Shown one piece after another: positions 57,372-64,000 of a DNA stretch of 64,000 nt (the stretch's first letter is position 1; every line of letters begins with the position of its first letter). A program made the translations under genes and the position numbers. This DNA comes from Archangium sp. (lineage in GTDB: Bacteria; Myxococcota; Myxococcia; Myxococcales; Myxococcaceae): NCBI GenBank assembly GCA_047600485.1, contig JASGKS010000001.1, positions 6,784,259 to 6,848,258 of the forward strand, in the 5' to 3' direction. The notes under the pieces are model-generated. The model saw nothing but the letters and a program-made list of their open reading frames with translations. It had not been told where the DNA came from and did no database searches.

Positions 57372-60260
57372 ATGCGCTTGCTCCTGATCAGCCTGTTGCT
57401 GTCACTCCCCGCAGTGGCCGCTGAAGATGCGCCGGTCTCGCTCACCGCGAGCGACGGCACGGGCCTGAAGCTCACCAAATTCCAGGCGCGCGGCGTGGTG
57501 TCCGACCCGCTGGCCTTCACCGAGCTCACCCTCACCTTCCAGAACCCGCTCGACCGCGTGCTCGAAGGTCAGTTCAAGGTGACGCTGCCTCCGGGCGCGA
57601 CGGTGAGCCGCTTCGCGATGAAGCTCGATGGCCGCTGGCAGGAAGGCGAAGTCGTCGAGCGTCAGGCCGCGCGTCGCGCGTACGAAGATTTCCTCCACCG
57701 CCGGCAGGACCCCGCGCTGCTCGAGCAGAGCGGCGGCAACGAGTTCACCGCGAAGGTGTTCCCCATTCCCGCGAAGGGCGTGAAGGAAGTCGTCATCTCG
57801 TACTCGCACGACCTGGTGCAGAAGAACTCGACGTATGTGTTGCCTTTGAAGGGCATGCCGGAAATCGGCGAGCTCGACGTGAAGGTGACGGGCGTCGATG
57901 GCGACGGCGTGCTGAGCAAGAAGTCGTTCGTTCCCAACGCTGACTTCGTCGGAGTGCCGAAGCGCAATCAGCTCGGCGTTCGTTCCGGTGACCTCGTCGC
58001 GGCGCGCGTGATTCCCGTCGACGCCACCGATGCCGATGCGCTCACCAACTTCACGCTGCTCGTCGATTCGTCGGGCTCGCGCGCGCTGGGGTGGAAGGAG
58101 CAGACGCAGCTGGTGCAGAAGCTGCTCGCCGCGGTGCCGACCGCGACGGTGAACGTGCTGGCGTTCGACCAGGAAGTCGCTGCGATTTATTCGGGCGTCG
58201 CGTCGGGCTTCGGTGACGCGCAGGCGAAGACGCTGCGTGACCGCAAGGCGCTCGGCGCGTCGAACATCGAGCTGGCGTTGAAGGCGGTGGCTGCCAAGCC
58301 GACTCCGCGCGTGGTGGTGCTGGCCGACGGCGTGTTCACCGCCGGAGTCATCGAAGGTCCGAACCTCACGGCGCAGGTGCTGAAGCTGAAAGCAGCCGGC
58401 GTGAAGCGGCTCGACGCCATCGCGGTCGGTGGTCTGCGTGACGAAGGTGCGCTCGCGCGAATCGCGCAGGGCTCGCTCGAGCGCGACGGCGCGGTGCTCG
58501 ATGGCTCCTTGCCGGCGACTGAGCTCGCGCGTCGTCTCGGGCTGTCGACGAAATCGAAGCTCGAGGTGAAGCTCGATGGAGCGACCGCAGTGTGGCCTCG
58601 CATCGTGAGCGGCATTCAGGCCGGCGACGCGGTGCTGGTGTACGCGCAGCTGCCGGCGAACGCTCCGTTCAAGGGCACCATCGGGGGCAAGGCGATGGCG
58701 GTCGGTGACGGTCAGCTCGCTTCCATCGAGCGGCCGTTGCTCGAGCGCGCGTGGGCGAAGGCGCGCATCGATTCGCTGCAGGACCAGCTGGCGAACGCCG
58801 ACGGTGCTCCGCAGCGCGAGGCGTTGAAGAAGGAAATCGTTCAGGTCTCGACGCAGAACCGCGTGCTGTCGTCGCTCACCGCGTTGCTCGTGCTCGAGAC
58901 CGAGAATGACTACGCGCGCTTCAACATCGATCGCAAAGCGCTGACCGACATCCTCGTGGTGGAGAACGGAGTGGTGAAGCGCAGCAAGCGCACGGCCGAC
59001 ACCATCGTCGTCGCGCGCGTCGAGAAGCTGCCTCCGCCGAAGAAGCCCGAGCCCGTCGCGAAGGAAGCGAAGGCCGAGGCGAAGAAGATGAAGCGTGACG
59101 AGAGCGACGACTTCAAGTCGTCCGACGGCAAAGAAGAAGAAGCCGAGAAGAACATGCCCGACGCGAAGCCGGCGCCGATGGAAGTCGCGGCCAACACCAC
59201 GCCGACCGTCGAGCGTCCGCCGCCTTCGCCGGCTCCTGCTCCTGCGCCGCCGCCTCCTCCTCCGCCCGCGACGCAGGCGCCTGAAGCCTCGCGACGCTCG
59301 ATGGACTCCGCGGGCCCGAGCGGTGGTCAGGCGATGCAGAAGGGCAGCGACCCGTACACCGGCAAGTTCAAGGAAGTGATGGTCGCGCTCGAGACCGACA
59401 AGAAGAAGGGCGTGGCGCTCGCGACCGGTTGGCACGAAGAGCAGCCCGGCGACATTCTCGCGCTCGTCGCGATGGGCACCGCGCTCGAGGCGGCCGGTGA
59501 CCTCGCCACCGCCGCGCGCGCGTACGGCAGCATCATCGACTTGTTCCCCGCGCGTGCGGACCTGCGTCGCTTCGCGGGCGTTCGTCTCGAGACCATCGCG
59601 GCGGCGCTCGAGCTCGCCATCGATTCGTTCGCGAAGGCGGCGGAGCAGCGAGCCGACCACCCCGCGTCGCACCGCCTGCTCGCGTTCGCGTTGCTGCGCG
59701 CGGGAAAGCCGGAGAAGGCGTTCGAAGCCATCAGCAAGGGCATCGCGCAGCGTTACCCGGAGGGCCGCTTCTCGGGCGTGGACCGCATTCTGCGCGAGGA
59801 CGCGGGCCTCATCGCCGCCGCGTGGATCAAGGCCGAGCCGTCACGCAAAGGTGAAATCGAAGGGAAGCTGAAGGCGGCCGGCGGTTGGGCCGAGAGCGAG
59901 CCGTCGCTGCGCTTCGTGTTGAACTGGGAGACCGACGCGAACGACGTCGACTTCCACATCACCGACGCCAGGGGCGGGCACGCGTACTACTCGCAGAAGG
60001 TGCTCGCGAGCGGTGGCGAGCTCTACGCCGACGTGACGACCGGCTACGGCCCGGAGTGCTTCACCATTCGGCTCCCGAAGGGCCGTCGCGCGGCGCCGTA
60101 CACGCTGCAGGCGCACTACTACTCCATCGGTCCGATGGGCGCGGGCATGGGCAAGCTGGAGATCATCGAGCACGACGGCAAGGGCGGGCTCACGTTCGAG
60201 CAGCGTCCGTACGTGGTGATGGTGAACCAGGCGTACGTCGATCTCGGCGTCGTGAAATGA
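57372..60260 (+). CDS. secreted VIT-domain + von Willebrand factor A-domain protein with a TPR-like region and a C-terminal DUF2135-like domain
   Basis: Signal peptide MRLLLISLLLSLPAVAAE. VIT-like N-terminus, vWA MIDAS motif (LLVDSSGS), a Pro-rich linker, and a C-terminal beta domain. Confidence 0.7.
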   Translation: MRLLLISLLLSLPAVAAEDAPVSLTASDGTGLKLTKFQARGVVSDPLAFTELTLTFQNPLDRVLEGQFKVTLPPGATVSRFAMKLDGRWQEGEVVERQAARRAYEDFLHRRQDPALLEQSGGNEFTAKVFPIPAKGVKEVVISYSHDLVQKNSTYVLPLKGMPEIGELDVKVTGVDGDGVLSKKSFVPNADFVGVPKRNQLGVRSGDLVAARVIPVDATDADALTNFTLLVDSSGSRALGWKEQTQLVQKLLAAVPTATVNVLAFDQEVAAIYSGVASGFGDAQAKTLRDRKALGASNIELALKAVAAKPTPRVVVLADGVFTAGVIEGPNLTAQVLKLKAAGVKRLDAIAVGGLRDEGALARIAQGSLERDGAVLDGSLPATELARRLGLSTKSKLEVKLDGATAVWPRIVSGIQAGDAVLVYAQLPANAPFKGTIGGKAMAVGDGQLASIERPLLERAWAKARIDSLQDQLANADGAPQREALKKEIVQVSTQNRVLSSLTALLVLETENDYARFNIDRKALTDILVVENGVVKRSKRTADTIVVARVEKLPPPKKPEPVAKEAKAEAKKMKRDESDDFKSSDGKEEEAEKNMPDAKPAPMEVAANTTPTVERPPPSPAPAPAPPPPPPPATQAPEASRRSMDSAGPSGGQAMQKGSDPYTGKFKEVMVALETDKKKGVALATGWHEEQPGDILALVAMGTALEAAGDLATAARAYGSIIDLFPARADLRRFAGVRLETIAAALELAIDSFAKAAEQRADHPASHRLLAFALLRAGKPEKAFEAISKGIAQRYPEGRFSGVDRILREDAGLIAAAWIKAEPSRKGEIEGKLKAAGGWAESEPSLRFVLNWETDANDVDFHITDARGGHAYYSQKVLASGGELYADVTTGYGPECFTIRLPKGRRAAPYTLQAHYYSIGPMGAGMGKLEIIEHDGKGGLTFEQRPYVVMVNQAYVDLGVVK

Positions 60261-61123
60261 ACGTCGCCATCGCGGTGCTCTCGCTCGCGCTCGCGGGCGA
60301 GCCGCTGGTGGTGAAGGGCCGCCAGGGGAACATCACGTTCCCGCTCGGGGAGGTGTCGTTCGCCGACGAGGTCGTCGCGCAGGACTTCGGCAAGAAGGGC
60401 CTCAGCGAGAAGTACCAGCGGCCGACCTCGGAGCTGCTGGGCAAACCAGACAAGAAATCATTCACGCTCGGGTGCGGTGGAAGCATCACCGTGCGCTTCA
60501 CCGACAACGCGGTGGTCGATTTGCCGAACGCTCCCGACCTCTACATCTTCGAAGACGGCCCGAAGGTCGAAGCGACGGAGCTCGAGCTGTCGGTCGATGG
60601 CGTGAGCTGGGTGAAGGTCGGTCGCATCGAAGGTGGCACCGCGGAGATCGACCTCGCGGGCAAAGTGCCGAGCGAAGAAATCTACCAGTGGGCGCGACTC
60701 ACCGATTTGGAGTCAGCGTGCAACGCGCAGTGGCCCGGAGCGGACATCGATGCCATCGGCGCGATGGGCTCGGCGTACCGGCTGCAGCTGGGCACGGAGG
60801 TGCTGTTCGATTCGGGCAAGTCGGTGCTGCGCGACCTGTCGCGAAACGAGCTGCACGCGCTCGCGCAGAAGATCACCACGATGGGCAAGGTGCGCATTCG
60901 CGTCGATGGTCACACCGATTCGCAGGGCGCCGACGCGTGGAATCGGAAGTTGTCGCAGGCGCGCGCTGAAGCGGTCGCGGCGTATTTGAAGATCGAGCTC
61001 GAGGGCGTGCGCATCGACGCGGTGGGGCACGGCGAGTCGCGGCCGGTCGCTCCGAATGACAGCGAAGAAGGTCGTCAGCGCAATCGGCGCGTGGAGCTGC
61101 TCGTCGTGCCTCTGCCGCCTTGA
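60257..61123 (+). CDS. OmpA-family (OmpA_C-like peptidoglycan-binding) protein
   Basis: The start overlaps the upstream stop (ATGA). C-terminal OmpA-like signature FDSGKSVLRD...VDGHTDSQGADAWNRKLSQARAEAV. Confidence 0.75.
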   Translation: MNVAIAVLSLALAGEPLVVKGRQGNITFPLGEVSFADEVVAQDFGKKGLSEKYQRPTSELLGKPDKKSFTLGCGGSITVRFTDNAVVDLPNAPDLYIFEDGPKVEATELELSVDGVSWVKVGRIEGGTAEIDLAGKVPSEEIYQWARLTDLESACNAQWPGADIDAIGAMGSAYRLQLGTEVLFDSGKSVLRDLSRNELHALAQKITTMGKVRIRVDGHTDSQGADAWNRKLSQARAEAVAAYLKIELEGVRIDAVGHGESRPVAPNDSEEGRQRNRRVELLVVPLPP

Positions 61124-61168
61124 GCTCGACCCGATGACGTGACCTCGGGCGCACACACAGCGCCTGAA

Positions 61169-61420
61169 TGAGCGAGCTGGTGGCGTGTGACGCGCGCTGC
61201 CCATCGCACGCGAGCCCCTCGACCTCGAGCGACTGGCTCGCAAGCCGTGTGCTCCTCACGAGTTTGGTCGCAAGGGGGGTCGGGCGGTTTTAGGCTAGCC
61301 GGCTGGCCGTTTTCGGACCGACCCCGCGTGTTGCGAGCAAACGGTCTGCGACCAGTCGCCCAAGGTCGAGGGGCTCGCGTGCGATGAGCAGTGCGCGTCA
61401 CACCGCCACCAGCTCGCTCA
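61169..61420. repeat. large nested palindrome: ~68-bp imperfect inverted-repeat arms around a ~115-bp internally palindromic core
   Basis: Arm 1 (61169-61236) is the reverse complement of arm 2 (61352-61420) with few mismatches. The core contains gtcgcaaggggggtcgg / ccgaccccgcgtgttgcgag. It sits between convergent genes. Confidence 0.75.
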
Positions 61421-61448
61421 TTCCGGCCGCTGCGCAGTGCGCGACCTT

Positions 61449-62135
61449 TCAGCGCACCTTCTTGCGGCGCGCGCGCGATTCGTTGATGGACTTCTGCTTG
61501 AGCCGTGAGAAGCGCAGGCCTGCCGCGCCCATCACGGTCTCGATTTCTTCGGCGTCGAGATCCTTGAACGCCAGCTCTTCCTGAATCTCGCCGTCGTCGA
61601 CGCCTTCAGACTTGAGCTGCTTCGCGAGCGCGTACGGAGAATCGGGCCGTACGGGCGACACGTAGTCACCCTCGCCCTCGCTCTCCTCTTCTTCTTCGAT
61701 CCGCGCCGACTTCTTTCGCGCAACGCGCTTCTTCGGCGCCATCGCATCGACTCCGCCCCGCTCGAAGACTTCGGCCTCGAGCGACCAGCACACCCACAGC
61801 GCGAACGCGCCGTACGCCGTGCCGAGCGGGAAGTTCGCCAGCGCGAGCACCGCGAAGACCGTCTGCAGCCCGCGCCCGCGCCCCTTCTCGATGACGTACC
61901 CGAGGTACGCCGACGGAGCGGCGCACAGCATCACCACCGCGCCGATGAGCGCGAAGATGTGAAACGGCATGTGCTCGCCCATCATGATGCCGACGACGAT
62001 GAGCAACGCCACGTAGAGCGCCGCCATCAGCCAGTTCAGGGTCGAGAGGATTCCGAGCACGGCCGTGATGCTCGCACGCGGGAGAAACCACTGCGCGCGA
62101 AGGGTGGTGTCACTGAACCCGGACGGCCCCATAGA
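61449..62135 (-). CDS. hypothetical membrane protein
   Basis: Three to four TM helices after MGPSGFSD, with an acidic/basic C-terminal tail. Confidence 0.4.
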   Translation of the reverse strand, partial: SMGPSGFSDTTLRAQWFLPRASITAVLGILSTLNWLMAALYVALLIVVGIMMGEHMPFHIFALIGAVVMLCAAPSAYLGYVIEKGRGRGLQTVFAVLALANFPLGTAYGAFALWVCWSLEAEVFERGGVDAMAPKKRVARKKSARIEEEEESEGEGDYVSPVRPDSPYALAKQLKSEGVDDGEIQEELAFKDLDAEEIETVMGAAGLRFSRLKQKSINESRARRKKVR

Positions 62136-62177
62136 AACCAGTGGCCGCGAAATCGCGTCACGTGTAGCCAACACGTC

Positions 62178-62537
62178 ATGCAGTCCCTCGAAGAGAAGAC
62201 GTTGTTGCAGACCGCGCTGACGATGTGCCCCATCTCCGATGACCCGGAGCGCGCGTGGGCTTTCCTCGTGTTCTGCGGCCTGGTCGAGACCCGGGCGCAC
62301 GCCGACTTCATCCGCCTCGCGAACGAGCAGTCGGGAAAAATCACGGCGCTCGGCGACTCGCTGCTCGACTTCGTCACCCGCCGCGCCGAGATGGTCGACC
62401 CGGGCTCAGCGCTCGCGCAGAAGTTGTGGACGTATTTTCAGGTCGGCTCGTCGCTCGAGCCTGAGCCGCAGCTCGGCTCGGAGATGGACGAGGGCACTCA
62501 GCCCGGCATCACCGGCCCGGTGCTCGTCGAGTCGTGA
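62178..62537 (+). CDS. small hypothetical protein
   Basis: 119 aa. The stop overlaps the GTG start of the next gene (GTGA). Confidence 0.3.
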   Translation: MQSLEEKTLLQTALTMCPISDDPERAWAFLVFCGLVETRAHADFIRLANEQSGKITALGDSLLDFVTRRAEMVDPGSALAQKLWTYFQVGSSLEPEPQLGSEMDEGTQPGITGPVLVES

Positions 62538-63865
62538 CCGAGCGCCGGGCGCGCGGGAATCTCTGGCTGCTGCTGGCGATTCTTCCGCTCGTCTCGGTGT
62601 CCTGCTGGTTCTGCTTGCGCGAAGACGACAGCGTTGAGTCGTCGCCGCCTCCTGCACTCGCGCCCACTGACGTCGCGCAACCAGAGCCCACACCACTCGA
62701 ACCGCTCACCATGCCCGACGGCGGCTTGGGCGACGGCGGCTCCGATGACGCAGGCGTCGACGGTGGTGTCGATGCGGGCCAGCCCCGCCGGCGTGGTGAG
62801 CCGACCGACGCTGAAATCGCGGCGTACGTCGCGCGGTGGAAGGAAGCGCTCGCTCCGGTGCTCGGTTCGTTCAAGCCGCAGCCGCCCAAAGCGCTCCTCG
62901 CGCGCGCGAGCGAACTCAACGAAGTGAAGGACCCGACGGAAAAGAAGAACGAGACGCCCGAGGTCGTCGACGCCGGCTGCCAGAGCGGTCAGCACTCGCT
63001 GATGCTCGCCGCGCGCGCGCCGGTCGACATCGTGGTGGCGGTCGACACCTCGGGCTCGATGTTCGTGGGAGGCCTCGATGCCGCGGCCGCATTTCTCGCG
63101 CGGCTCGAGTACCGCCTCGTCGAGGGCCGGGTCGACTACCAGCTGCTCGTGCTCGCCGAACCATCGCAGCTTCGACTGACGACCGACGCGGGCGTGACGA
63201 ACGCGGCGGTCGCCTCGAATGACGGGCTCGACGTGCTCTTGCGCACTGCGACGCAGTTCACGCCGGGGTGGCTGCGTTTCATTCGCCCCGAGGTCGAGCT
63301 GCGCATGGTGCTCGTCACCGACGACGCGCCGTATTTCCGCAACACGGCCGCCAGCTTCATCAAGCGAATCGAAACCACCTTCCCCGGGAAGAAGGTGAAC
63401 TTCACTGTGCTGGGCGGCTTCGGGCCCGTCGACCGCGACACCGTGCTCAACCCGAACGATCCAATCGCATCCAACGTCTGCACCAGCGTCGACCGTCCCG
63501 CGCTGGTCGGCGTGAACGCGGGCACGACGTACCAGTCGGTCGCGATGCAGACCGGCGGGCTGCGCGGTTCGCTGTGCAGCCAACTGTCGGGAGCACGACT
63601 GGCTGACGTGCTCGCAGGCGCGAGGCCGACGTCGAGGTGCGAGTGGCCGCTCCACCCCGCGATGCGGGTGCGCAACGCGCACGCGGTCGACTTTCGCGGC
63701 GCGTACATCTCGCTCATCGAGGAGTGGAAATACGAGAACTGCGGCTCGCAGCGGCGCAGCTATTTCCTGCGACCGGGCGGACTGGCGCTGTGCCCCGACA
63801 CGTGCACCGAGCTCGAGTCGCGGCGCGTGCAAGACGTGCTCATCGACGTCGACTGCATTCCGTAG
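62534..63865 (+). CDS. membrane-anchored protein with a vWA-like (MIDAS DxSxS) domain
   Basis: N-terminal TM helix, acidic Gly/Asp linker, and VDIVVAVDTSGSM. Confidence 0.45.
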   Translation: MTERRARGNLWLLLAILPLVSVSCWFCLREDDSVESSPPPALAPTDVAQPEPTPLEPLTMPDGGLGDGGSDDAGVDGGVDAGQPRRRGEPTDAEIAAYVARWKEALAPVLGSFKPQPPKALLARASELNEVKDPTEKKNETPEVVDAGCQSGQHSLMLAARAPVDIVVAVDTSGSMFVGGLDAAAAFLARLEYRLVEGRVDYQLLVLAEPSQLRLTTDAGVTNAAVASNDGLDVLLRTATQFTPGWLRFIRPEVELRMVLVTDDAPYFRNTAASFIKRIETTFPGKKVNFTVLGGFGPVDRDTVLNPNDPIASNVCTSVDRPALVGVNAGTTYQSVAMQTGGLRGSLCSQLSGARLADVLAGARPTSRCEWPLHPAMRVRNAHAVDFRGAYISLIEEWKYENCGSQRRSYFLRPGGLALCPDTCTELESRRVQDVLIDVDCIP

Positions 63866-63867
63866 TC

Positions 63868-64000
63868 ACAGCTCAATCTGACTCCCCAGCTCGACCACGC
63901 GATTGGGAGGCAACCGGAAGTACGCCGTCGCCGGCCGCGCGTTCTTCGACATCCACCCGAAGAGCGCCTTGCGCCACGTCGAGAGTCCACTGCGCGAGGT
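63868..64000 (-). CDS. kup: potassium transporter Kup, C-terminal end. The rest of the gene lies beyond the window.
   Basis: The minus-strand translation ...ARPATAYFRLPPNRVVELGSQIEL-stop looks like the C-terminus of Kup/HAK/KT transporters, as recalled. Confidence 0.4.

Noticed and set aside
59200-59290. Pro/Ala-rich repetitive stretch (PPPSPAPAPAPPPPPPPA)
   Set aside because: In-frame low-complexity linker within the VIT-vWA protein, not a separate feature.

Overview
This 64 kb window is very GC-rich (about 70% by eye), gene-dense chromosomal DNA that looks myxobacterial (Myxococcota), though that assignment is inferred. The evidence is several eukaryotic-like Ser/Thr kinases, an ECF sigma factor next to a zinc-finger (ZAS-type) kinase, PEGA-domain and TIGR02265/DUF2378-type proteins, an AgmX/TonB-like C-terminal domain and many secreted or lipoproteins. 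I support about 55 coding regions. I could not see rRNA, CRISPR, transposases or integrases; tRNAs cannot be excluded by eye. Most long ORFs on the strand opposite real genes are the usual high-GC antisense artefacts. The most notable content is an operon with a clear bacterial homologue of the eukaryotic major vault protein (MVP), followed by a lysine-rich histone-tail-like basic protein and a ferritin-like di-iron protein, divergent from the ECF sigma/kinase pair. Also present are two paralogous ATP-grasp ligase genes in opposite operons, one with a 1-nt frameshift and followed by an FGase-like amidohydrolase and an MBL-fold lipoprotein. There is a DUF4175 / TPR-HExxH / small Cys-rich protein operon, and a tetR-MFS-HlyD-TolC efflux operon with a palindromic operator over the tetR start. 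A Nudix-adenylate cyclase operon, a kefG-kefC pair, a VIT-vWA protein coupled to an OmpA-like gene, and a three-gene set of two CxxCH proteins plus a DUF1501 Tat-secreted protein are also present. Non-coding structure includes a family of GC-rich palindromic REP-like hairpins at intergenic sites, a roughly 640 bp minisatellite built on a 21-bp unit, two copies of a highly structured ~100-140 bp element upstream of a hemerythrin gene, and a ~250 bp nested palindrome between convergent genes.
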